Of a stretch of DNA of 64,000 nt, positions 11,401 through 24,107 are shown one piece after another (position 1 is the first letter of the stretch; each line of letters starts with the position of its first letter). Origin of the DNA: Geosiphon pyriformis uo1 (Eukaryota > Fungi > Glomeromycota); assembly GCA_016748015.1 (NCBI GenBank), contig JAAOMT010000706.1, positions 572,038-636,037 of the forward strand, given 5' to 3'. Both the position numbers and the translations under genes were made by a program. Under the pieces are notes generated by a model. That model was not told where the DNA came from, ran no database searches, and saw only the letters and a list, made by a program, of their open reading frames with translations.

Positions 11401-14400
11401 GATATATAATAAAAAATAATTTCCAATTAAAATTAAAAAGTATTAACTTTATTTTTATTTATAAAATGAGTATCATAAAACTATATGTAATTAAAAAGTT
11501 CATATTGCAGTTCCTTATAACAAGTTACTCAATTTATGTAATATTGAGTGTTATAGAAATCATAATCTTAATCACATCTGAAAAAAACCACACTGAATGA
11601 CCAATTTAATTAGAAAAACCATCTCAAATAAAATTAAAAATACATTATCTTTAATGATTGCAACTGGTAAGTTTAAGTATAAATTTGTAAAAGTAATTGA
11701 ATTTTATTAATATTAATTATTTTTAGAATTAATAAATAATGCGAAGATTTTGAGCACAAATAATAGATTTGCAAATCAAGTTCAACCAATTTCTGCTCAA
11801 TTTGCACCTAATCTTGAGACAATTCAAAATGCTGTCAAGTATGATAAAAAGTTACATTATCCAAGTGTGTTAGAATTTGAAAAAGTAAAAAATTGGTCAC
11901 ATTCACTTTATTAATAGGTTTGTTTTCTAATGGATACTTATAAGGCTGAAAGTGTTGTCATATCAAAACAATATGGAATTAAGGATGCAAAAAATTCTAA
12001 GGATCAAGCTGTACTTCTTGGTGTTGCATCTACAGTCATGTCAAAGCTATTATACAAATATCCAAATTTTTTGTCTCTAGCCGTCACAATAGCTTAAAAT
12101 TCTCCAATACTATCTTTATGGTTAAATCAGATGAACCATGTGGTCGAGTTTTAGCAATATTTATAAGTAATAAAAAAACAATACCAGTTATTGATTTAAT
12201 TTTCGAGCAGGTAAGTTGTATAATAGTTTTTGTTCGATTGAAATTTTCAATTTATAAATTGTACAATAATTCTTTATATTAAAAGTTTATTGAATATAGT
12301 TGTAAGAGCAATATTCACTCAAATCCCAAGTGGTTAGCTATAAATAAATAGAATTCTTATTTAGTAACAGCCAAGAAACATTTTCCAAAAACTCAAGTAG
12401 TCTTGTGTAATTGGCATGAAGGTGAGCTTTTTTAGATTTATTGGGTTTTATATTTTAATCTTATAATATTATCATTTTGTAGCTGATGCACTCAAAAAAT
12501 GGTTTGCAAAAAACTTGAATGATCAATGGCTTAGAGATCAGACATTTTACCAATTTCGATTTGTCAAATGATTTTGAGATCAAGAATTCAATCAACGGAA
12601 ACTTACTTTTTTAAACTCGCAAAAATTCCAAGCTGCTATTGAGATTAGAAATTTAGCTATTGTGAAAGCTATTACGACCTATTTTCAATTACATTGATTC
12701 AGCCAATGGATCGGTTAGTAAAAATAATTTGATTTTATAACTTATATTTCATATTAATACCATAATATTCTAGATACTTGGCCAGATTATAAGCATATTG
12801 ATTGTTCTATGAAAACAAATATGTTATTAGAGAGTTATTTTAAAAAGAATATGATACTACATTATTGGGGAAGATACACCAAATCTTTACACTCAAATCT
12901 TGAAAAAATTACTACGTCAATGCGTGTTGATGCCAAAGAAATGGAAAGGTAAAACACAAGAAATTTTGTAAAAACTATATTAAGTTCTTTTTTAAAAGGT
13001 TTTGGCAAGGAGAAAGCAAAAATCTAACAAAATCAAAGTTAGAATGAGAAAAAGAAAAAATAAATCAACAAGGAGAACTGTTATATAAAAAAAATTTGGT
13101 ATAAGGTAAATAATCATTATGTGTAATCTTTTCTCTTAAAAACAATTTATCATTCATATTGCTTTTAGAAATTGATCAGTGTACCTAGAGTGTTATCCGG
13201 TTTGCTAGCATGAATGTTACTTTTCAACACGCTAATAGTGAGCTAAGAGATGATTCCAATAAAGAAAACTTCGAGAATTTAGAATCAGAGATTCCTGAAG
13301 CAATTGATAAAGATTCCATTGAACAATGGATAAAAACATTATATGTTACATGTAAAAATGGAAAGTTTGCTTGTCCATGCAGTTTTAATTTCATTCGAGA
13401 TCATGACTGTCAGGATATTGTAGCTGTTCGTCTATTCATTAAAGAATCTAAGATAGAGAGGTAAAGCTTCTATTACTTTTACTTTTAGTGAATCTATGTT
13501 TCAAAAGTAAATATCTTGTTAGTTTATTTAATTTCTTTTAATAATAATATTGATATATCATTTTCTCTTACAGATATAAATTGCAAAAGTTAATATATAT
13601 TTTTATTTTATATAGTCTATATAATAATCTGTCTTTCCTATGTAAGTCTGCTGCTGAATTATCTACAACCAGTTCTCTCAAGTCTTATCTTTGTCAGAGG
13701 GATGCTAATGGCCATACTGAAAACGAGCTTAGATTACTCCAAAAGAAAGATCCTAAAAATAACAGGAAAACCCGATTAATACCACAAGAATCCATTCAGC
13801 TTCAGGATACAGTTTTAGACAGACCTTATTACAAAGCACAGATCGCTGAGATTAATTTTTTAAGATGGTAATACTAAGCAATACACGCTTCAATTAGCTG
13901 ATATTATTAGATATGCTAATGAGCCATTAAAAAAAATCGAAGATAATATGACTGCTTTTTTTATGATCTTTTTTCTCCAATAATAAATTTATAACTTAAT
14001 AATTGAAGAAGCAAATTGTCTCTATGCAGTCAGCTCTGGTAGACAAAGACTTTTATGACAATTCGATTGTTCCTACGATGCCATATGGTGGAAATTAAGG
14101 ATTGCGCTTGATTTGTCCAGTGGATAACCTTAATTCAAAGCGCCTTCAACAACCAAAATATCTATAAACAAGCCGTTTCTTTTGCTGAAATTGAACCAAC
14201 TTCGCAAACAAATCATCTTTGAGCTCATGAAACAGAAACAATGGATTGAAGCCAAGATTCTTTGGATTGCGAATTTACCGCCATACGGGAAGTTAATAAA
14301 AGAAGAACAGTTGGATTTATTCGAAGGGCTTTCGGAACAATTTTTTGAACAGTTTTTTCATGACTCCTTGGACCAGAATCTTCTTGTTGTCAAAATTACA

Positions 14401-15262
14401 ATAATGACCATGTGCAGCTCTGACTACTGCCCAAAGAAAGTCTTATTCCCAGTGAATTGCTTCGATATTACCCTAATGTAAGTTCATTATATATCTTTTA
14501 TTTTACGTGACATTTTTCCTTATTTTTTTTCATTTTGCTACAGTCGATATATTTATATTAATGAACATAATTTAATTTGTAGATAACCGCAGGTTCTGGT
14601 ATTATCAGAAAATGATTATTTTGAATCTTGTCTTGAACACTGGCAAAATCCTTATGTTATTGCATGCAAATTAGAATTCAAATCGACAAACGGAGAGGCT
14701 CTAAAAAACATTCCTACAAATGCTTATATAACTGAAAAATGCATATCATTGGAGACTGGAAAGCTTGAGTAAAGTGTCTATATTTTTTCCTCTATTTTCA
14801 CTTTGCATTCTAACCTTTTCTTAGGTATTTTTACCGATGCACAGGTGATACCGTATCAAAAAGACAAATCGACCAACGACTGCCTCTAATCTTTGTCATC
14901 AATGGTACGGAAATTAGCACTATTAATGAAAAGACGTCTCTTCAGAACAAAGATTTACTGGAAGAAATCAATTTTCCTAAAGGAAATCAAATTACAAAAC
15001 AAAGGTAAATTTGAATTAAGTTTATCCCTTACTGTATTTATTTATTAATTTTTAATATAGATATCGCCTCATGGGAGTTTCTTTTTGCAATGGCATCCAT
15101 CATATTGCTGATGTTTGTTTCGAAAATATTAAAAATTCTGGCTGGTATCAATACGATGGGTTGCAAAAAACCTACAAAGCAAGGGCAATGACAATTGGAA
15201 GTTCGCGTCCTCCTCCCAAAAGTGTTTATACAATAGATTTTGTCATCTATGAAAAGATTTAA
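11400..15262 (+). pseudogene. multi-intron Mutator-like (MULE) DDE transposase with SWIM finger and putative C-terminal USP-fold protease domain
   Basis: MVKSDEPCGRVLAIFIS (~12118-12170), PKWLAINK...KHFPKTQVVLCNWHE (~12325-12420), MKTNMLLESYF (~12809-12841), SWIM-like FACPCSFNFIRDHDCQDI (~13366-13420), CPVDN (~14114-14128), NGIHHIA...WYQYDG (15089-15160); GT-AG introns; stops and frameshifts; 5' boundary approximate. Confidence 0.7.
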
Positions 15263-15427
15263 GTTTTTTGCAATAAAAACTGATCGTTATATGTAATAAA
15301 GAAGGATCTCTATTTTTAAGCTTACCTGTTTCAATAATAACAGTAATACTTGTTTGAATTTTCCATTCAAAGTACTTTCAATTGGGACTGCCCTCAAAAG
15401 GTGCCGTTGCTCTTATTAAATGTCTAT

Positions 15428-15573
15428 TTATCGCAGATTTCACTTGATACAATCACGGGGTTTACAGGTTTTTACCCTATCACAGGTTTTACCCAATCTA
15501 TCACAGGTTTTACATTACATGACTGATTATCGCAGGTTTTACTATTTGTTATATCAGATTTCACCCTGTCGTA
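15428..15573. repeat. cluster of ~6 short direct repeats (ATCRCAGRTTTYAC-like), probable subterminal repeats of the MULE-like element
   Basis: TCGCAGATTTCAC, TCACAGGTTTTAC x2, TCGCAGGTTTTAC, TCAGATTTCAC within 150 bp just downstream of the transposase; matching left end not found. Confidence 0.5.
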
Positions 15574-15716
15574 TTATAATTAAGACCATATCATATTTTT
15601 TTCATCAAGTAATTGAATTTATTGAATCAAATATAGGCAATGACATGATGAAGAAACCAAGACATAGAAATCTCTTTCTATTATGAGTTTAGTGTTAGAG
15701 GGAAAAAGAAAAAGCC

Positions 15717-17919
15717 TTACCGCTTCTTATAAACACAAGGTTTCAAAAGATCACCCGCTTTTGGTAACAAGGATGATCTGACCCTCATGGGATTGGTTTT
15801 TGTAAAATTGATTATTACAAACATTTTGTTCGTATTATCCTAAAAGAATTTCAATCAGTTAAGAAGAAACCATTTTTAATCTTTTCAAAAATTATCTAAA
15901 AGTTTCATGCCTTATCAATGAACTTAAAGCCAATCTCGCCTAATAAATTGACAAATGCATCCATGTCAGAAAATCGACTGACGACTTCAGCGATCTTCAA
16001 TTCACCGCTTGATACGAAATATCAAAGATTAAACAGTGTCAATACTGAAATACGTGCAAGAGCATAGAGATAACAAATAATACTTTGGTTTTAATGTGCG
16101 ATGAGCTTCTTTCAAAAAATCAATATAATTGGTGCCCATTAAAGACAGACTAAAGATGGCGATGTCAAACAAGCAGTCCGGGACTGGGAGCTAAATGAAG
16201 ATTAGTAAAAAGATGTTTTGTTAAAGAAAACTGAAGATGATGAAACTAATTGGATCAATTGTATATAATGTAATTATTTTCTACATACCTTGGCAATATC
16301 ACATGCGATGATCCGATCATGTTTAGCAATTAAATCAAACGACAAAATCTTATTAGGGGCTTCTTGGGCTATCTTAGCCTCTCCACATCCAAGATCAGCT
16401 ACTAGCGAATCAGAAGATTTTGTTTTCAGATAATTAATAAAGATATCGACAGGATTCGCAGGCCAAGACTCAACGACCGAGCGAAATCCATCGTGATACT
16501 GAAAGGGAATAAAAAACATTAGTTATTCGCTATATTTACTAGGTCGTCGGAGATTATCAGGAGCCCACCTCAGCAAATGTTATAGGATTCTCATCAAATA
16601 ACTGACGTGCCGATGACCCGGTAATCTTATAGAGCTGCTCATTTATCCATCTAAACCGTCCTTCTGACAATCTCTTTTTCAACCTCTCTTGTAAAGAAGT
16701 ATTGCGGTTTGGCAATGGTTTCTTATCCTCCTAAAAAAAAATTTTTAATTCCCATTAAAGCTATACTGGTTCATATTTATTAAGAAATAATTACCTTATG
16801 TGTAAGTTCAATATTCTGCGCTAACTCAACGCTATTACTTTTTTTCTTGTCATTTAGCAGGAGATTTCCCTAAAATATGGTCGTTTAAATTGTCAGCTTG
16901 CTTGCAGTTAATCTAATAAATATTTTCCATTTAAACTAAGCGGGTGGATTGACCTTAATTTCTTCTGATTTCTTCCCTTTTAATTGCGTTTCAGCACGTT
17001 TTTTCATCTCAGACCACTTGAGCCCAATCTCTTCCCTAAAGTTATCTGATATCTTTTCTTCACCAAAAATAGAAATTTCCGATTCTGATTCTGATTCCGA
17101 TGGATAAAGGTTTTTGAAATTAGAAGAGAGCTTTTGATTTGGTTTCGAATTTCCCGGTTGCGATGAAGAGGGTTCGGCACGGTTTGGTTTTCTGAGGATT
17201 TTTTGTTTGTTCTTGAGTTTTGTTTGATGCTCTTTCTGCTGTTGCTGTGGTTTGATCAATTGGTCACTTTGCTCTTTCTGCTGTTGCTTTGGTTTGATCA
17301 ATTGGTCACCTTGCTCTTTCTGCTGTTGCTTTGGTTTGATCAATTGGTCACTTTGCTCTTTCTGCTGTTGCTTTGGTTTGATCAATTGGTCACTTTTTTC
17401 TGAAGAAGCCTGAAGTAATTTTTTCAGCCGTAGTTGATATTCACGATTATAGGCTTCTAAGGATCGCTCTAGTTCAAGTTTCGTCTCAGGAAATCTAACC
17501 TTCTTTTTCAGAGAATCCTTCTGAGAGGGGTCTTGCTTTGGTTTGTCATTCTTTTGCGGCACCTCTGGTGTCCTGGCTTTATGATTGGCAGTTGCTTGCA
17601 GCAACTTTCGCTTCTTGCTACCAACTTTAACAAGTTTTTTTTTCTTAAGAATCTCTTGTTTCTTTTTTTCGGGAACCAAAAGCTTCTTCGCTTCGGCCTC
17701 AACGTTCAATTTTCGTTTCTTGCTTCCCTTTACTTCAACGATTTCATTTTTTTGTTTTTCCTTCTCACCATTGGTTGTTTTTTTATCGAGGGTTTGCTGT
17801 TGATCTTTTTCCTTGCCAACTGCCTTTTTCTTACGTTTTTTACGTTTATCTTGGTTTCCTGCACTGGTTTTGGCTTGAGCAAGATACTTCTCAAGAGTCA
17901 CAAGAGTGTTCGTGGCCAT
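15717..17919 (-). CDS. RRP8: 25S rRNA adenine-N1 methyltransferase Rrp8 / nucleomethylin, 7 exons, ~579 aa
   Basis: Exons 17919-16954, 16869-16795, 16730-16569, 16498-16289, 16190-16084, 16007-15911, 15839-15717; motifs [63 protein letters not shown]; Lys-rich N-terminus. Confidence 0.93.
17228..17395. repeat. coding minisatellite, 4 x 42 bp ([14 protein letters not shown])
   Basis: Units start 17228, 17270, 17312, 17354; near-identical. Confidence 0.95.
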
Positions 17920-19200
17920 ATTCACAAGAATCGATTGAAAAAAAAAATGTCAATTTCTAAACAGTATGTCATGTGATTTGAGTGACAAATAAGCGTCATA
18001 TTGATCGCTAAAGAACAACTTTGTGGGTCTATTACCACCATTTTTTGTAATTCCTTTTTAATAAAAAAAACATTCTGAACTCCATACTCCATTCCAAGGT
18101 TAGCTCTTTAGCTAAATTTGTTAAGAATTTCTAAAGTTTATTCTCGATGCTGCAAAAGTCAATAACCAAAAATAGAGTTTCGATTTGAAGGTTCAATAAC
18201 ACAATGCCTTTGATCATTTCATGGTGAAAACCATAATGAGTCTACAGGCTTTAATGATAACTCGGCACACAAAATTATCAGGCGCATTAATTGCCTTGAA
18301 CAAATTTCAACTTTTGAAAAGCACGTGATAGGCATTTTTTAATGTTCGCCCGATGTTTTCGATTATCTGCGCATATATATATATATATCGTCACGCGTTA
18401 GCCTTTATGACTCAACTCCTGAGAGCTTAGCACCCATTAAATTTTCGCTGGTCGGTTACTTAAAATTATTCTAAAAACTATTAAAAATCTGTGTAGCAAT
18501 TTAAAATTTTAATTTACCATTTTTCCAAATTCGTCATGCCCAATTGGTCATCGAGTATACGCTGTAATACCTTTCTATCTGCAAAATAGTTTTTATGATA
18601 TTAAATCCCTTCTTATGTAACACATGAGAACAAGTAGAATCAATTTATTCTTGATACACAACAATGCATATTATCGGCTTTCGAGCATATCATTACAACA
18701 GTGCATACGCGTGAAATATAAAACCACTCAATCATGAACAGTTTGGTTGTTTTCCAATTTTTGCTCTTGCTGTAAGTTTAGCTCGTTTGCTACACCCAAC
18801 CTTCTTTCTTTCTTTCTTTCCTTTCTGTCTCATTGATCGAGAGTTTATGGGTCTCTCTTTCTTAGACTGAAATACCATCACCATTCTCATCCCTAAACCT
18901 TTTCCTTCTTTTATAGAAAGGAAAAATTCTTTATTCTCGCTTCTAAATCGTTGTTGTTTTTTCCTTATATTTGATACTCTTACTCTTTGAACCTATTAAT
19001 CTTTCAGAAGTTTTTGTCGTTTTCAACCAACTCTCTCTATTAATAAATATCCACCCCCCATAATTCTTTCTATAGTTCCTCCAATAGATTTGGAATTTAC
19101 ATCAACTAATCTCAAAGACAAGTAGATTCTTCGTTCTTAATAAAACCCAATTCTCTCTTTCCATAGACACATAAATACATACATACATACACCCTATAAA

Positions 19201-20142
19201 ATGCAGCCTCTCTTCACACCATCATTCATCCTTTTCAGCTTTCTCTTTTCATTCTCAAGCTCCCCGACTCTAATTTCAGCTATTCCATCCCTGACGAAAC
19301 GTGGGGAATTCAAGGGAGAGGGAACTTATTATAATCCAGGAATGGGTGCCTGCGGTCAAAATAGTGGTGCCTCGTCGTTCATTGCTGCGTTGAATAGACC
19401 ACAATGGGGGAACCCGCCGAACCCAAATGCTAATCCAATATGTGGAAAGCAAGCTATTGTCACCGGGCCTAAAGGAACTACTACGGTTACCATAGTAGAT
19501 TTGGTAAGTCAAGTTTTTCAAAAACTTAATCAGATGGGTTTCAATACATAGCTTCCCTTTTTAGATGAAGTTTTTAACACTCCTAACATTCATCTCCTAT
19601 TAATGAAGTGCCCCGAATGCGCATTTGGAAGTCTTGATCTATCCCCCGCAGCATTCAATCAAATAGCAGACCCATCAGCTGGTCGTGTCCCAATCTCCTG
19701 GATATTCGCAGGTGACGCGCCAGCCCCATCTCCATCTCCACCACCACCACCACCACCACCACCAACTCCAAAGGTTACAGTAACCACGAGTTCACAAACA
19801 TCTACAACAACAACCTCAACTTCCACTTCAAGCACGACTAGTACCACCTCATCGACCACCACCTCATCAACCTCAACGTCAACATCATTATCGAGCTCAT
19901 CACATATTTCTACAATAAAAATGCCAATAAAGCAATTACCACAAATTGCTTTCGCTTTCTTTAATGGCGAGCCAGCGGACATATTGACAGCAAGCATGAC
20001 AAACGGATCAAATGGCTCAACAGTAAGCTCAAATACCAGTGAGCCAACAGCTCACCCAGACGCTAAATCTCCCATTCGGGCTGAATCCTCCCCAATCGTT
20101 AAGATTTCAGATTTAACGTCATTTCAGACCCCCTCGTCATAA
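19201..20142 (+). CDS. secreted RlpA-like double-psi beta-barrel (expansin/loosenin-like) protein with poly-Pro and Ser/Thr-rich tail, 278 aa
   Basis: join(19201..19503,19609..20142); signal peptide then LTKR; GEGTYYNPGMGACG, IAALN, CGK, VTIVDLCPEC..GSLDLSPAAF, GRVPISW. Confidence 0.9.
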
Positions 20143-20895
20143 AACAGAAATCGTAGATTAAAAGGCCTTTCAGAAACGATGAAGGTTTTAAAACTTGCAT
20201 CGAGTTAGAAATAAAGAATCATTAGAAATTTGTACAGATATCACAACTAATAATAAAATAATTTACAATTGATACACATAAATCCTTATTTTACTTTTAA
20301 CCTGGCATTTTATACGAATAATTTAGTTTTATTATATATTATGAAAATAATTGGTGTATATTTTTATCGAGTTAGATTGTCTTATATACAGAATTAAAGG
20401 AATAAACTGTGTGACTTTAATTCTTGAAATCAAAGGAGTCTAAAAATCAAGAAAGTGAAAGTAAGTGTAGCTTTTGACTGAATTTTCGAATTCGGCATCG
20501 TTTCATATTGGGCTTTAATGAAATCAATAGAATAATGTGTTTTGGTTTAACATTTTCAACGAGAGGGTGATTGTCACTTTTATGACACTAGTTCCACCTA
20601 AAGCATGATTGATTCGAAAGTCAATTGGGTTTTAGCATATCGCTGATAGCCATCTTTAATTGAATATCCAAAAATCAATTATTAGCTGGTCTCTTGAAAT
20701 TTATTTATTCCACTTGGCCTTTAAAGGGTTAGGGTTAATCAAGACTTCAAAATGAAAATAAAATATCAGAAAGCTTCAAATTTGATCTTGTTGATATTGT
20801 AAAGAATAAAGAATCCATATGTTAAAATCCAGAAATTTTAATCATTTCTTAAATCTCGACAGGTTAATCGAGTAAAAGTAAATGTTCGAAATTTT

Positions 20896-20940
20896 TTATT
20901 TTATTTTATTTTATTTTATTTTATTTAATTTAATTTTATT
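20896..20940. repeat. (ATTTT)n microsatellite
   Basis: about 6 perfect plus degenerate units. Confidence 0.8.
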
Positions 20941-23900
20941 CATTCAATTATAAAATGTCATTTAATTTTAAGAAAATATAGCATTCAGTTTAAATCTTTA
21001 TATATACTGTTAAAGGAAGAGTTTTTTCTCAAAAAATTTTACTCTCTTTGCTTGAACCCTTCTAGCAGTGAATTTATAAATCTTGTTGACTAATGTGACT
21101 TGTGGTTGTATGAATCATGAGTTGAAAGAGTTAATGTCTAAATTGCTAATTGAATTGTGTTATTGTCTTCCTCAAAGAGCTATTCTTGGATGTTCAAATT
21201 TACTATATAATTAATAAATAATGTTTTCAATGTTAAATCTTTTTAATTTGGTGTCCAGATTTCAAGTGGAGATAAAGATTATCCAAACTATTAAAAAGAT
21301 ATTTTTGATGAATTTATTGAAATTTAGAAAATATATTATAAAAAACTTTTAATTACATGTAAAATGATTTAAATAAATTCTGATCAAATTAATTAAACAT
21401 ATTAAGAAAAACTTTAATTAGGTACATAGCATGACAAAAATAACTTGTTAATTTAAAAAATTTATAAATTATTATATAAATAAATATTGTATTAATTTGA
21501 ATTATTTTAAGATAATAAATATTTTAATTTTTCATCAAATCTTTGTTTTCGTGATTTCAATTTAAATGTAATTATTGAATAATAGTTTAAAAAATAAAAC
21601 ATTTTAAAAAATTTATGGCGTGGAAATTTATCGTTCATAAAAATAAATAATTAAAAAGAAACCTTAAATATTATTTGGTTTTCCAATTAAGACTTTCTAA
21701 AGACTTGATCGTTATGAGTTAAATGATTATGTGCATATATGACCAAAATCCATGAGAAAAGAAGATAGTTGTGAAGTTGAGTTAAAAATAAAGATGGCAT
21801 TCTTATGTTTTCATAATTTTCATTGTAAAAGGTGTGTCATAGCATTTGATCTCATTATTGCCATCGGGTATTTTCTTGGCATCTTGGCAATTATCAAATA
21901 TGGTAATGATAAATATAACAGTCACAATTAATCTCCATGATCAATTGCTAGCTGTTATTCATCACTATGAGCCATTGTCATTGTTTATTTGAAAAACATT
22001 CGTTTTTTACTAGGCCATTGAATCCCAAAAATGATATCATAATTGAATAGTCCGCCCTTTTGGCAATTTCAAATCGACCAGCCGATGTTAGATTATTACT
22101 CAATTAGGAATTTGATGTTTCGACAGCAAGTAACCTATCAATATTTCATCATGATGATTCTCAAGTTGACGAGCTCTTCCGAGAGCAATAATGGAAAGAA
22201 CAATGAAATGCTTAGATTCCAAAACAGTTTGAAGTTTCAGTGGTAAAACTCAATTATCACATTATGATGCTCATTTAATGAAACCCTTTAGTGAAATTAA
22301 CTGGATAATCAAACAATATTATAGAAAAAGTCAGGGGTTCAAAATCTTTAAACGTCACTATTTTCTCCTGCCAAATGATGTTGTACTAACCATAATTTCA
22401 TAGCATAATAAAATAAAACCAATAGAATCTGTCTTGAACGGCAAATAATTACTTCTTAAAAGATTCGGAAATTTATACTTATGAAATTTCCAGCTTAAGA
22501 TTTTGGAAAAAAGGTTTCAAATGTTATGCTTAAAGGTATTTTATATATTTGATTAAATATTTAAAATATAATAAATTAATAATAATGATATTATTATTAT
22601 TGTTGTTATTAAATCAATATTTCCAAGTTTTTTGGTATTATACAAGTATTCAGAAATTCATAAAAATATATAATGATATATTAAGATGTTAATATAATAT
22701 ATAATTAATCAAAATAAAACTTTTGTTAAATTGAATTATTATGATAATACTTTAAATCAATTTTTTTCTAAACTATTATATAAGATTATCAAATTGACAC
22801 TTTTTGATAATAAAGTTGTAAATTATATATCAAAACTAAAAAGCCAAGAAGAAAATATACATTTTTGGATTAATTTGTCGCACCCAAGAAATTGAACCCT
22901 GGCATCGAATGTTCATTTTTTCAGATGCATATCCCATTTAAGGATGACAAATTGAAATTTCACTCCTTTATGCTGATCTTATTTTGGGCTAAAAATAATT
23001 TCAGCCGGTTAAAAGCACTTCTTGTCGGCGCCAAGCTTTTTTTAAACATTTACCATATTAGTAGCCAAAGTAGATTCCTAATTTAACGTCATCACAGAAT
23101 CACTATTGGCTCCTTATGAACTTATTGTATGATGAGTAAAAAGATCAATCCAAAAAAACCTTCAGTCCTACAAGATCTATCGGTGATAGTCAATCGATCT
23201 CCTTAATAATCACCATTAGTGAATATTTCTTTTTGTATGGTAATTATCAATTTGGAATAATCTTTTATTGCACTTATCAAATCCATCCTCAAATTTATCT
23301 TCTTTATCGTTGCGTGTAAATTACATATTGTGTACCCTAATATAATGTAAAAAATGTCTAAATTTAAATAGTAAATGCATAATTGTTTCCTTACCTATTT
23401 CGTTTTCACCAGAGTTGCCGGTCCTCTCTCTCTCTCTTTTACACAAACACCAAATATTTTGTATTTCATTTCACCACTCCTTCCTTTTTCACATCGACCC
23501 CACCTCTCTAATTTTTTATCACTTGTCTTTTCAACTCCTCCCGCCTTCTCTTATTTTACTATATACAAAATATATAATAGGCTGTATAAAACTACTTGAT
23601 TACCAATCCTATTCGTCCGAAAGCTCCGTCTTGTTTTCGTAGATTAAATACACATTAAAATAAAATTTCCTTCACTATTTATCTGACAAAAATATAAATA
23701 CAGCTTGCTTCAATGACAAGCAAGTCATAAATACAAAAGCGGAAATAAAGCTAAACAATATTCCATTATATACGGTAATAAGAAAAAGAACCGCAAGAAC
23801 TCTGTAACATACATTTTCAAAGATAACCTAGCATACAGAATAACATTAAAAACCAACTTTCCAGAGCATCTCAAAGAAGGCCTGAATTAGATTTGAAGTT

Positions 23901-24107
23901 CCCTATTTGTATAGTGAACTTATTTCCTCATTCAAATCAAGAACAACTTGATTCGTTGATACACTACTTGACTTGGCAGAAAAAAACCAGCTAAAAGCAA
24001 ACTCAGACATTCAAAAATTGAAATCAGGATATTTTTTAAAGTTTTACTCCTAGGCTTTTACTAGTAACGCTTCCCGAACATTTGTTGCTAGTAGAGCATC
24101 TACAAGA

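Noticed and set aside
17203-17976. Hydrophobic plus-strand ORFs
   Set aside because: Antisense shadows of the Lys/Gln-rich RRP8 exon
20725-20736. AGGGTTAGGGTT interstitial telomere-like motif
   Set aside because: Only two units; expected by chance
21700-22460. Moderately GC-richer intergenic patch with short ORFs
   Set aside because: No recognisable motif or consistent exon structure; may be a relic but unsupported
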